This document shows positions 46,538-56,090 of a DNA stretch of 64,000 bases, in pieces. The notes below the pieces were generated by a model. That model did no database searches and was not told the origin of the DNA. It worked only from the letters and a program-made list of their open reading frames with translations. Source of the stretch: a virus. The number at the start of each line of letters is the position of its first letter. The first letter of the stretch is position 1. Position numbers and translations under genes: made by a program. The stretch is taken from positions 1 through 64,000 of IMG/VR virus record IMGVR_UViG_3300045988_005108. The stretch is one strand, 5' to 3'.

Positions 46538-48850
46538 TTAATGTACCCAGCAAGCTGCCAGTTCAGGAACTGCCTTAATAGTTACTTTCTTACAAAAGAT
46601 ATTAGCTGCATACTCCATACACTCACTTAACTTCTTAGCTTCCTGCTCTGCAATTTCCTCAGGTGGCTCTATCAGATACTCATCATGTACATCATTAGGA
46701 ATGAGGACTTTGAATATAAGTCCATCATTAACCAAGTGATTAAAGTATCTAATACCTGCTATCTTAGTCATTGCAGCAGCAGTACCTTGGGAAGGATAGT
46801 TACATGACTGATTGTCAGAAGCACTCTTTCTCTTCCATAAGTACTTCATCACTGACACATATACAGTTTCTCTGTTAATGTCAATGAATCTTTCCTCTAC
46901 CTTACCTGCTTTTTTAACCTTATATGAATACCTAACAGCTATTTCTTCAATAGGAGCACCTTGGGCAAACTTCTTTGCAATTTCTTGCATGACAGGTGGT
47001 GGGATTTCAGATATTACTCTACCACTATCTCTTGCAGCTTTGTATATATCCCAGAAATCTTCCATACCATTCTTTCTCCTTTCAATACCTTTCAGTATAG
47101 GATAGTCATAGATATATGCTCTTAATCCAGTTATCTTTGAGATTAGGATGTAGCCTCTATTCCACATGTCTCTCTTTTGTACCTTGAAATAACTTGCTAT
47201 ACCATTGAACCTCTTGAAATAGTTGTTATAAATCTCAGTTGCAAAGTCCACAGGAATATTACAATTAGTTGCCATTGTAGGAGCCTGACCATTATAATTG
47301 AAACAAAACCTTGCCTTCTTAGCCAAATCTCTAAGGTCTTTTCTTACCTTCCTGACATCCTTCTCTGCAACCCCATCAAGGTCTTTAGGGAAACACATCT
47401 TGGCTACAAAGGAGTGCCCATCTCTTTGGTTAGGGTCATTATAAAATGCAATCCATTCCCTATCATTAGATAGTTCAGTGAACACATGACCCTCTTGGTC
47501 TCCATAATCACAATCTACCAGTAAATGCCCCTTTTCAGGTACAAATGCTGCTCTTGTTTCTTCTGTGGCTGGGAGCTGCTGAACATTGACACTCTTATCA
47601 TTTGCTTGTGTAGAAGTATCTTTGTTCTCATCCGCCTCCTCTGCAACATCATCATCTTTAGTCTTACCTCCCTTGCCTTTTCCTCCTGAACCACAACTCA
47701 ACCTACCTGTATCCATCATTTGATGGAATGTTGGATGGATTCTTTGTGTAATAGGATTAATGGCATCAAGGAAATTTTGACCAAAAGATGTTACCACCTT
47801 GAAAGCTGCTGAATATTCCAAGTATAAAGGAACAATACTGCTCTTACTTGCTTGCAATTCTATAAATTTAGACTCTACAGACTTTTTCATTTTGCCTGTT
47901 TTCTTATCTTTGACTAATAGGTCAAATCCAAGTTCTTCAAACAGTCTAATTACCTGCTTAGAACTATTCCAGTTAATGATACATTGAGGTCCAGTATCAA
48001 ATTCAGCAAATAATGATGGCTGCGGTATTACCACATATACATTATCTGCAAGTTTGGCTGCCTTGCCTTTCTCATGGGTATCATAGTTTCTTGCAATAAG
48101 AGAAGGGTCATCCTTTTTCATTACATAATCTACTACCCAATCATTGAGTTTCTGCTCAGCAATCCTTAACCTCTCTGCATCCTTAACCATCTTAGCCTTC
48201 CATTTAACAGGGTCAAGTTTAATGCCACAATATTCAATATATGCAAGGACTCTTACAAACTCATTCTCAATATCAAGTGCCACTTTCTGACTTCTTGCAT
48301 TGATAGTAATAAGTTGTAAGTTCATAATATCCTCAAGATGCACAACATCATTTGCTGCATAAACTATAACTTCTTCTGTCATACCTGCATGTATCTGTCC
48401 TCTGACAGTCTTGTCAAGATAGATATGTAAATACCTATCACAACAAGCCTGCAAGGACAAAGATACAATGCCAGGTGGAAATCCAAGAAATAGAATCTTT
48501 TCAGCTAAATAAGTATCATAGACATTTCTGACTACAATATGTTCCTTATACAGCCATCTTAAATCAAACTTTGCATTATGAATGATGAATAATCTGTCAC
48601 TTTCAAGATAATCCTTATACTGCTTGACATCAATAGTCATACAGTCTATTACAACTTGATTTTCCTTATTACCAAGCTGAAGAGTAAGCAATTTACCTTG
48701 CCATATCTCTGTACCTGTAGTTTCAGTATCTAAACCTACCACTCGAAGAGGCTCTAATATTTTAAGAGACTCCTCTACAGAGATACACTTATACTTAGCA
48801 TCAGGAAACTCAAATAGTTCTCTCTGACCAGTAACAAAATATATCATCAT
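46538..48850 (-). CDS. family A DNA polymerase with 3'-5' exonuclease domain
   Basis: Exo I VGLDTETTG, Exo II IHNAKFDLRWL, Exo III YAANDVVHL. Polymerase motif A LLVDCDYGDQE, motif B RDLAKKARFCFNYNGQ, motif C PNDVHDEYLIE. Confidence 0.9.
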   Translation of the reverse strand: MMIYFVTGQRELFEFPDAKYKCISVEESLKILEPLRVVGLDTETTGTEIWQGKLLTLQLGNKENQVVIDCMTIDVKQYKDYLESDRLFIIHNAKFDLRWLYKEHIVVRNVYDTYLAEKILFLGFPPGIVSLSLQACCDRYLHIYLDKTVRGQIHAGMTEEVIVYAANDVVHLEDIMNLQLITINARSQKVALDIENEFVRVLAYIEYCGIKLDPVKWKAKMVKDAERLRIAEQKLNDWVVDYVMKKDDPSLIARNYDTHEKGKAAKLADNVYVVIPQPSLFAEFDTGPQCIINWNSSKQVIRLFEELGFDLLVKDKKTGKMKKSVESKFIELQASKSSIVPLYLEYSAAFKVVTSFGQNFLDAINPITQRIHPTFHQMMDTGRLSCGSGGKGKGGKTKDDDVAEEADENKDTSTQANDKSVNVQQLPATEETRAAFVPEKGHLLVDCDYGDQEGHVFTELSNDREWIAFYNDPNQRDGHSFVAKMCFPKDLDGVAEKDVRKVRKDLRDLAKKARFCFNYNGQAPTMATNCNIPVDFATEIYNNYFKRFNGIASYFKVQKRDMWNRGYILISKITGLRAYIYDYPILKGIERRKNGMEDFWDIYKAARDSGRVISEIPPPVMQEIAKKFAQGAPIEEIAVRYSYKVKKAGKVEERFIDINRETVYVSVMKYLWKRKSASDNQSCNYPSQGTAAAMTKIAGIRYFNHLVNDGLIFKVLIPNDVHDEYLIEPPEEIAEQEAKKLSECMEYAANIFCKKVTIKAVPELAACWVH

Positions 48851-49116
48851 TCAAATGTTATAGTCCATCCATAACCCTCAATAAAGTCTATAGATTTGAC
48901 AACTGCCTTGGCTTCTTCAAGCTCACATCCTACCACAATCATTGGACCTCCTGATGGGTCAATAAACTTATTTCCTCCCTGAACTTCACCTACTCTTAAT
49001 GTGGGTACATCAGTTTTAAGTACATAAGTTTTAGAATCAGTACCATCAGGTTTAGGCATTTTCTTGAGGTAGTTTATAGCTTCATATCTGGACCTAAGTT
49101 TTATAATATCTTCCAT
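48847..49116 (-). CDS. small hypothetical protein
   Basis: 89-aa ORF. Its stop overlaps the polymerase start by 4 nt. Confidence 0.55.
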   Translation of the reverse strand: MEDIIKLRSRYEAINYLKKMPKPDGTDSKTYVLKTDVPTLRVGEVQGGNKFIDPSGGPMIVVGCELEEAKAVVKSIDFIEGYGWTITFE

Positions 49117-49613
49117 TATTTCTTAGAATAAGCAATAAGACTTTCAAAGTCAAAGACATACTTATACTTTTGGAAGAACAGGCTACCAAGAATACCATGA
49201 ATCTGTACACCAGACTCTTCCTTGACAATAGCAAAGGCATCATCCAAGTTATGAATACAGAAATCACCTACAAATTCTTGTCCCTTATAAGTGATTGTCA
49301 TTTCACAGAACTCAGTGTTCACTTTATTGCCTTCAATTCCTGTTACATCCATGTCTTTTGCCTCTATCTTCTTATGGTCAAGAAGAGGAAGAATAGAGCT
49401 GTTGATTTGGGAGATGTTACTTCCAGTGTCCAACAAGAAGTTAAGTTTCTTATCTCCATTATAGAATGTTACCACAGGCAACTCTACCAAATCCATAGCC
49501 TCTTTGAAAGACATATTTACCCTTTTACTTTGCTTACAGTAATCTTCTATACCATTAATGATAATAGATAGAATGATTACTGCAAGTATAATACCAATTA
49601 CTTCTAATACCAT
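49116..49613 (-). CDS. membrane-anchored retropepsin-like aspartic protease
   Basis: N-terminal TM helix VIGIILAVIILSIIINGI. LLDTGSNIS (D-T/S-G motif) and a distal GILGSLFF flap-like motif. Confidence 0.65.
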   Translation of the reverse strand: MVLEVIGIILAVIILSIIINGIEDYCKQSKRVNMSFKEAMDLVELPVVTFYNGDKKLNFLLDTGSNISQINSSILPLLDHKKIEAKDMDVTGIEGNKVNTEFCEMTITYKGQEFVGDFCIHNLDDAFAIVKEESGVQIHGILGSLFFQKYKYVFDFESLIAYSKK

Positions 49614-49635
49614 GCTTCATGCTTTTTTTTAGTTA

Positions 49636-50172
49636 TTACTTGACACCAGAAGTACCAAATCCTCCTCTGTTATTATCACCTAAGTCATCCACTTCCACAA
49701 GTTCAATACCTGAACTCAGCAGCCATTTAATCTTCTGCCACATAGTAGCTTTCTGACTAAGTTGAATCCTGAATTGACAGATTCTATCACCTGCTTCAAT
49801 GGCAGTCTCCCTCATAGGAGAACATACATAGTGCCACTGGTCATCATTGCCATGGTATATATTATCCACTACACCTTGACCATTTGGAATGAATAATCCT
49901 AACTTCTTAGGACCACTACTCCTTGAATCAATAATGGCTTCAAATCCTTTAGGCAGTTGCATTGCAACTCCAAGAGGAATATAATAGGTAGGAATCTCTA
50001 CATTCCTGTGACCTACTCTCTCTCCTTCAACAGTTTTTCTTTTAAGGACATCAGACTGTGGTGCAGGAATAGTAATATCTACTGCTGATTTCAAATCAAC
50101 CCAATCACCATTCTCATTAATTACAGGCATACAGCCCTCAGTCAATACTTTTACTTTAATTTTCAGTTTCAT
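49636..50172 (-). CDS. dut: dUTP diphosphatase
   Basis: Motifs DWVDLKS, SRSSGPKK, GVVDNIYHG, GDRICQF and RGGFGTSG. Confidence 0.9.
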   Translation of the reverse strand: MKLKIKVKVLTEGCMPVINENGDWVDLKSAVDITIPAPQSDVLKRKTVEGERVGHRNVEIPTYYIPLGVAMQLPKGFEAIIDSRSSGPKKLGLFIPNGQGVVDNIYHGNDDQWHYVCSPMRETAIEAGDRICQFRIQLSQKATMWQKIKWLLSSGIELVEVDDLGDNNRGGFGTSGVK

Positions 50173-50629
50173 GTTTCCAAAATTTACTCGTTATATCTAT
50201 TAATTCTCCATCACTAATCTTATAGAATCTCTGATTGGTAGTCCTACTGTTAAGTGGACCAAACTCTTCCTTATATGGTCCAAGTTTTATATAATCAAAG
50301 TTGCACAGGTCAATATTATTATTCAACTCTTGCCTCCCACTATACCAAGCTACCTTTATGTAATTATAATGGTTAATAATGAAAGAAGCCAAAGTATTTA
50401 TTTTGTCTGGCTCTGCATCACCTCCCATGAGAGCTATACAGCTAATTCCACTATTCCTCTTGATAAGCTTTCCCACTTCATTGAAAGTCAATTCAGTACC
50501 AATATCCTGTGCCAAGTAAGAGCTATGACAGCCCTTACATTGACATGGACAATTAGATATGTTGATAGCAAGAGTTACTTCATCAGGAATTTCCTGAAAA
50601 ACAATTTTAGTGTCTACGTATTTTAACAT
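50156..50629 (-). CDS. nrdG: anaerobic ribonucleotide reductase activating protein (radical SAM)
   Basis: CPCQCKGC contains CxxxCxxC. The start is set at MLKYVDTK (50629) because an upstream remnant duplicates exactly this N-terminus. The track start is 50647. Confidence 0.85.
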   Translation of the reverse strand: MLKYVDTKIVFQEIPDEVTLAINISNCPCQCKGCHSSYLAQDIGTELTFNEVGKLIKRNSGISCIALMGGDAEPDKINTLASFIINHYNYIKVAWYSGRQELNNNIDLCNFDYIKLGPYKEEFGPLNSRTTNQRFYKISDGELIDITSKFWKHETEN

Positions 50630-51228
50630 TGCTCTTCTAATTTCCAAATATAACCTTTGAATACACCATCTCTTTTAATAGCCCTTGAAAGTGAGTTATA
50701 ATTGCCATTTACAGATTTAACAGCATCTTTTAATGTATCAAATCTTTCCAAGAACTCACCATCTCTTGTAAATTTACATACACAAGTGTGGTGGGCTAAA
50801 TAATCATGTTTGTTACAAGATTGTAAGAAGATAACTTGTTCTTTAGTCAAGGTTTTGCCCTTAGCTTTATGTGTCCTTGACCTTTTTAGATTACTCTCTT
50901 TGGATTGTTTAAGTCCAAGAGTCCCACCTCCTCCTAATGTTAAATTATATCCAAAATTAGGGTCATTAGATTTATAGACAGAAATGTACTTCTGCTCCAA
51001 AGTATCAAGTTTTATCTTTAACTCCTTAACATTTGCATCATCTATCTCCTCTAATATCTCATAGGCAAACTTATCATATCCATATTTCTTTATAGCATTA
51101 TGGAAATATGACCTCCATGAATTAAGAGTATGTTTATGTGCATATATTCTCTTATACTCATTTATAGTTTGACCAATATAGACCTTATTATTGACTTGAT
51201 TAGTGTATTTATAGATTATACCTTTCAT
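50623..51228 (-). CDS. GIY-YIG homing endonuclease (free-standing)
   Basis: GIIYKYTNQVNNKVYIGQT..YAHKH is a GIY-YIG module. The C-terminal FDTLKDAVKSVNGNYNSLSRAIKR looks like an IENR/NUMOD-type DNA-binding helix. Confidence 0.85.
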   Translation of the reverse strand: MKGIIYKYTNQVNNKVYIGQTINEYKRIYAHKHTLNSWRSYFHNAIKKYGYDKFAYEILEEIDDANVKELKIKLDTLEQKYISVYKSNDPNFGYNLTLGGGGTLGLKQSKESNLKRSRTHKAKGKTLTKEQVIFLQSCNKHDYLAHHTCVCKFTRDGEFLERFDTLKDAVKSVNGNYNSLSRAIKRDGVFKGYIWKLEEQC

Positions 51229-51233
51229 TTTTC

Positions 51234-51278
51234 TTATCTTTCAGCAAAGACTACCTTAGTATCAACATACTTCAACAT
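51234..51278 (-). pseudogene. remnant duplicate of the nrdG 5' end (14 codons plus stop)
   Basis: ATGTTGAAGTATGTTGATACTAAGGTAGTCTTTGCTGAAAGATAA encodes MLKYVDTKVVFAER*, compared with the functional nrdG MLKYVDTKIVFQEI. Confidence 0.6.
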
Positions 51279-51279
51279 A

Positions 51280-51519
51280 TTATAGTTTCAATCCATCAGC
51301 AGTTGGTGCTACGTAATCTCCAGACTTTGGGTCTTTACTTTCTGGATAGGGGTCAGGACTATTAAGAGCCTTTAAGTGCATACCTAGCCACATGATACCC
51401 TCTTGTAACTTAGTTACTGCAAGGCTTCTCTCTCTTGTAGAAGAAAGCTCTTTCACTTTTTGAAGCACCTCATCAATATCCTTTCTGAGCTGTTTTGTTT
51501 TAACTATTTCTGATTTCAT
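51280..51519 (-). CDS. small helical hypothetical protein
   Basis: 79 aa, with SLAVTKLQEGIMWLGMHLKAL and a C-terminal PTADGLKL. Feels like a recurrent small phage family but I cannot name it. Confidence 0.6.
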   Translation of the reverse strand: MKSEIVKTKQLRKDIDEVLQKVKELSSTRERSLAVTKLQEGIMWLGMHLKALNSPDPYPESKDPKSGDYVAPTADGLKL

Positions 51520-51523
51520 ATTA

Positions 51524-53683
51524 TTAAATATTTTTACTATAAACTCTTTTACTTGCTTCTATTTGTCTATCCTTACCAAAGGACTTGATAGGTCTAAGGT
51601 ACCCAATTACCCTTGTATATTGGGTGATGTTCTTACTATGACACTTTGGACATTCAGTGATAGGATGCTTAGTAATATAACCACAATCATCACACTTACT
51701 ATTAGGAATATTAAATGTGAAGTAGTTGGTTCCATTAGCTATAGCAAAGTCTATCAGCTTGAGATACTGCTCCTTACTCAGATGGTCTTCAAGATTAATG
51801 TGAGCTGCACTACCTCCATCAGTATATTGGTAAGTCTGTCTTCCATGAAGTATGAACTTATCAAGTACTGAGGTGTCATCATGTGCATCATAGAAGTATG
51901 AATTATACAAATTCTCATCCTCAGGAACCCAATAACCATCTTCTTTATCCCAATTATAGTTCTTACCACCAAGACCTTCAGCAGGAACTACCTCAGAATT
52001 GAATAGGAATGGTCTATTAGCATCATGGATAGAGTGTGCCTTATTTTGCTCCTTGATAGTACCAAGAACCAGTTGCAAGAACTCAATATACTCCTTATTG
52101 TTACCAACAGTCATACCTAAGAATCTTGCAGCCTCATTCAAGCCATTGATACCTATGGTACTGTATAACTTGCTTATGTAAATATATCCACCATTTGAAG
52201 CAGCAAACATGCCTCTATCTTCAAGCTCATAGAGCATTGTCTTGAATGCAATATGATACTTGTAGACTCTTTGTAGAATATCTACTAAGTAATCCCTAAG
52301 AAATGAAGTATTTTCTTTCCATCCTCCATTCCTCTTCAATCCATAAGCCTTATTGCAATCCTGTACAATTCTATTGATATTAAGAGTGATTACATTGCAT
52401 GAGCCAGTCATTACACCAGTAAGACCTGATGTAGGACTGAAGGTATTCTCTGCAAGTTCATTTCTCAATCTACAGCATGATGCAAGACTATCAGCACTAT
52501 CTGAAATATAAGTAAAGAATGAATGCCCCTCTGCATACATCTCAGCAGTGAAGTCCTTATAGTCCTTATCTATAATATCATTGGTCTTTGGGTCATACAC
52601 CATAGCCATAGTTTCCACGGGGAATGTAAGAATCTGCTTGGTTCTCAACTTATTAAAGAACTTCATAAACAGTCTTTGCAGACAATTTACTGCTTCCCAT
52701 TGAGGCTTAGTACCATCAGGATAATAGAACTCTCCAAACAATGAATCAAAATATGTATGGTCGTAATAACTCACGTTTGTAAAGGGTGACTGGTAGCTTC
52801 TATTACCAGCAGGCTGATTTACACCATAGATAAACTGCTTGAATGCCTTATATATAGCATCTCTTACAGTCCTTTGCTTGTTACAATGGTCTGTAGTAGT
52901 TACTACATCCAGCTTCTCATACCAATTAGGACCAAATTCCTGTACAATGTAATAATTCAGTGCAATAAAGTATTCACCTACTGCCACTGCACCTTTACAC
53001 TGAGAGGATAGCAAGAAGATAAGATTGGTTATTTGACCACTGAATGATTGCAAGTCATTAGGAGGTGTTGGAGTGATACCATCAATATTACCTACTCCTT
53101 CCATCATAAGAGGATATAGACTTACAGCCATACAATACTGCTTCAAGACAGGAGTGGTTGCTTCATCATGTGTATAAATGATATGAGAGTTCAAATCCTC
53201 TTCATACTTCTTTGCTACTTCAGGGTACATTTCATTCAGCTTGTCTTTCATCCTTTGCCTCTGAATAACCCTATTAGTAGTCTTATACACTTCACCCTCA
53301 AGGTTGGCAACATTCTTCATAGTTACATTTGCATTAGCATCTGTCTCTGATGAAGTGGCTGCATTCTCATTAGACTGACTATACTCATTCATATAATCAA
53401 TTCTTTCCCTAATGAATCTTGCTTGCTTATGCTGCTCCCTATAAATGATATAACTCTTTGCTACATCAAAGTGTTTATCATTCATAAGAACATCCTCAAC
53501 CTTATTCTGTATCTCTTCAATACCTATAGTATCTCCTTCCAAAGTACCAAACAAGGCACCTATCATGTCATACAAATATTGAGGCATTTCCTTGTTACAA
53601 GACTTAAAGGCTTTCTCTACAGCACTTATAATCTTATCAACATTAAATTCCTCTATACTGCCATCTCTTTTTACTACCTGCAT
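51524..53683 (-). CDS. nrdD: anaerobic ribonucleoside-triphosphate reductase (class III)
   Basis: N-terminal ATP-cone (VVKRDGSIEEFNVDKI), C-terminal Zn ribbon CDDCGY..CPKCHS, and glycyl-radical motif TRVIGYLRP. Confidence 0.92.
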   Translation of the reverse strand: MQVVKRDGSIEEFNVDKIISAVEKAFKSCNKEMPQYLYDMIGALFGTLEGDTIGIEEIQNKVEDVLMNDKHFDVAKSYIIYREQHKQARFIRERIDYMNEYSQSNENAATSSETDANANVTMKNVANLEGEVYKTTNRVIQRQRMKDKLNEMYPEVAKKYEEDLNSHIIYTHDEATTPVLKQYCMAVSLYPLMMEGVGNIDGITPTPPNDLQSFSGQITNLIFLLSSQCKGAVAVGEYFIALNYYIVQEFGPNWYEKLDVVTTTDHCNKQRTVRDAIYKAFKQFIYGVNQPAGNRSYQSPFTNVSYYDHTYFDSLFGEFYYPDGTKPQWEAVNCLQRLFMKFFNKLRTKQILTFPVETMAMVYDPKTNDIIDKDYKDFTAEMYAEGHSFFTYISDSADSLASCCRLRNELAENTFSPTSGLTGVMTGSCNVITLNINRIVQDCNKAYGLKRNGGWKENTSFLRDYLVDILQRVYKYHIAFKTMLYELEDRGMFAASNGGYIYISKLYSTIGINGLNEAARFLGMTVGNNKEYIEFLQLVLGTIKEQNKAHSIHDANRPFLFNSEVVPAEGLGGKNYNWDKEDGYWVPEDENLYNSYFYDAHDDTSVLDKFILHGRQTYQYTDGGSAAHINLEDHLSKEQYLKLIDFAIANGTNYFTFNIPNSKCDDCGYITKHPITECPKCHSKNITQYTRVIGYLRPIKSFGKDRQIEASKRVYSKNI

Positions 53684-53684
53684 A

Positions 53685-54734
53685 TTACAATGTATTTAAC
53701 CATTCTCTTAAATCATTAGAACCAGTCTCATTAATGCCCACAGGAACTTTTGGTCTAGAAGTGAGATAAAAAGAAAGCTCTTCTCCTATCACAAAAGGAC
53801 TCCTCATTTCTATTTGTTCATTCTTTCCAAACTTCAATGTACCTGCTGCCTGTGTAAATGGGCAAGTCCACACCAATGGGACAAGAATCCTTCTATTGAC
53901 TACAATAAAATCATAGTCAAGTAGCTTGAAGTCTTTGAAGTACTCATCCTTATCCATATTCTGCCTTATAATAGCCCAATATAGTCTGGCTTGAATATCA
54001 TATCTCCAATCTACAAAGGATTTATAGAAATCCCACTCTGTATGGGAACTTGTTTTCAAATCCACTGGCTTTACCCACTTCTCTTTATGATTGACTATGA
54101 TTAAGTCAGCCATATTTCTATACTTTACACCATTGAACTTTCCTTTAAACTTCAACTGATAGAATCTCTCAATATCTGGTTCAAATGGATTATTTTCTGC
54201 AAAGTAGAACTGAGTGGATTTACTCTCTTTCAATGCTCTTACTGCATTGCACACATCTTGATAGGTCTGAGTATCAAGTATAGTCTTACTACCTGCTATA
54301 AATAACAGGTTATAGTAGTCAGCTCCTTTCTCCTTGATAACCTTAGCCCTTGTCTCAGGCTTCCAGTTCATCTGATAACTCTGATATTCAGTCTCCTTAA
54401 TGATTGCATCATCAGGAATTGCAATAAGACTCCTATAGGAATCTCCATACTGACTGAACAAAGATTTTACCATCTTTGTAATAGAGTCTGGAGTAGAAGG
54501 AAACTCAGCAATCATAAACCTTTCATCAAACTCTTCTTGACCACCTGTGATAATACTGTCTACAGCACTACCAAAAGTAAGAGAAGGAGTCTCTATCCTA
54601 TCAAATAGTTTATCCAAGTTATTGAATCCCTCCCTCTCATATCTTGCAAGGGTTGAATAGCTTAATGCTGGGTCTGCCCTATATGTTTCCTCAGACACAT
54701 CCCAAGATATACTTCTTAAAGATTTTCTCTCCAT
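53685..54734 (-). CDS. RecB/Cas4-like PD-(D/E)XK nuclease
   Basis: GSAVDSIITGG and ADLIIVN..VKPVDLKTSS (hhDxKT motif). Confidence 0.7.
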   Translation of the reverse strand: MERKSLRSISWDVSEETYRADPALSYSTLARYEREGFNNLDKLFDRIETPSLTFGSAVDSIITGGQEEFDERFMIAEFPSTPDSITKMVKSLFSQYGDSYRSLIAIPDDAIIKETEYQSYQMNWKPETRAKVIKEKGADYYNLLFIAGSKTILDTQTYQDVCNAVRALKESKSTQFYFAENNPFEPDIERFYQLKFKGKFNGVKYRNMADLIIVNHKEKWVKPVDLKTSSHTEWDFYKSFVDWRYDIQARLYWAIIRQNMDKDEYFKDFKLLDYDFIVVNRRILVPLVWTCPFTQAAGTLKFGKNEQIEMRSPFVIGEELSFYLTSRPKVPVGINETGSNDLREWLNTL

Positions 54735-55048
54735 TAGTAATAATCTTGATTATATTCTTCACTACTGAAATCTTCATATCCCTCCTGCTCTGGCAATTCA
54801 AGTGCCTCACAATAGGTGTCTACTTCTGACTTCAACTTTCTCATTTCTCCAAGGTCTGCTTTCAGATACTCCTCTTTGGGACTTTCCTTACTAAGACCTT
54901 TCTTTACTCTGACAAGAGATGAATCAACTAAGAGTTGGAGAGACTCAAAGTCCCTACTATTCAAGTACCTATGTGCAAGCTTCACATCTCCCCCAGGCAA
55001 TGAGGGAATCAAAGCCTTTATCCTGTCTATTGGTTCTCTATTGTCCAT
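54734..55048 (-). CDS. hypothetical protein
   Basis: 104-aa ORF. Its stop overlaps the next start by 1 nt. Confidence 0.5.
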   Translation of the reverse strand: MDNREPIDRIKALIPSLPGGDVKLAHRYLNSRDFESLQLLVDSSLVRVKKGLSKESPKEEYLKADLGEMRKLKSEVDTYCEALELPEQEGYEDFSSEEYNQDYY

Positions 55049-55556
55049 AACTCTTGATAATTTCTATTGCCTGCAAGAGTTGTTTCTTGGTATATACCTC
55101 AAAATAGATAGACTTTTCACCTTTTTCAGTGTATAGGTTATCAAGATATTTTATAAACATCTTTTTCTTGATATAGAATACATCATTCTCTATTCCTTTG
55201 GCTTCAATATAAACATTGAGGTCATTATACTTGAAATAAAAGTCTGGTGTATATCTGATACCAACAATTTTACCTGTTTTCTGAATAAGTATCTTTGAAG
55301 TACGGGTGTCTATGCCATCTGATAATCTTTTGATTTTCTGCTTATCAGTCTCCTTGTCATAATATGGGGTAATAGGCTCAAAACCCTCCCACAAAGTAAA
55401 TGTAGTTGGCTCATATTGAGGTTCAAACCCTTGTTGAAGAAGAGTATTGTATATGCTCTTCTCCAACTGGGATTTGAATGTTATACCCTTAGAACTACTC
55501 TGTGTGGCATTCCTAATCTTCTTATTTGCCACTCTTGAACATTTCTTTAAGTACAT
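55038..55556 (-). CDS. T7 endonuclease I-like Holliday-junction resolvase
   Basis: FKSQLEKSIYNTLLQQGFEPQYEP and YTPDF..VYIEAKG parallel T7 gp3 as I remember it (FRSGLEDKVSKQLESKGIKFEYEE; YTPDF..FVETKG). Confidence 0.7.
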   Translation of the reverse strand: MYLKKCSRVANKKIRNATQSSSKGITFKSQLEKSIYNTLLQQGFEPQYEPTTFTLWEGFEPITPYYDKETDKQKIKRLSDGIDTRTSKILIQKTGKIVGIRYTPDFYFKYNDLNVYIEAKGIENDVFYIKKKMFIKYLDNLYTEKGEKSIYFEVYTKKQLLQAIEIIKSYGQ

Positions 55557-56073
55557 CTCTCACAATGGAACAAGCAATTTTTGCGTCACTTACAGACCTA
55601 AATGCTGCAAAGTTCCTGTAGTTCTTGATGTGGGCTTTGTTAGCCTTGGTAATTCTACCATCAAGCATAGAGATTACATAAATCTCAGGACTCTTTTCAA
55701 TATGGTCCTCATACTTCTTATCTAACTCAATGGCTATTTCTCTAAGTACCATAGAGAATGCAGCAGCAGGAAGGATAGCATATACACTATTGAGATAGTT
55801 ATAGACCTTCTCAACTTTCCAGCCAAGTTTGTCTGCAATCTTCTGAATGTAGTACTCCAGTTCCATAGGAACCTCAGTCTCAACTACAGACTTTGCAGGT
55901 TTGGTAGTAGTAACAATACCAGCCTCAAGGAGCTTAAGAAGAATATCCTTAGTCACTTTAACATGCTCAATTACAGTACCCTTACCAAAGAAGGGGTCTT
56001 TCACTTTAGATACTTTAGTCAGAGTGTCTCCAATCTGTACCTCTTTACCATTTGTCAAATAAATCTTTTCCAT
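55522..56073 (-). CDS. hypothetical protein
   Basis: The start is placed at MEKIYL (56073), immediately after an A9 tract. The track start at 56109 would overlap the UDG gene. Confidence 0.55.
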   Translation of the reverse strand: MEKIYLTNGKEVQIGDTLTKVSKVKDPFFGKGTVIEHVKVTKDILLKLLEAGIVTTTKPAKSVVETEVPMELEYYIQKIADKLGWKVEKVYNYLNSVYAILPAAAFSMVLREIAIELDKKYEDHIEKSPEIYVISMLDGRITKANKAHIKNYRNFAAFRSVSDAKIACSIVRDVLKEMFKSGK

Positions 56074-56090
56074 TTTTTTTTTGTTTAGTA

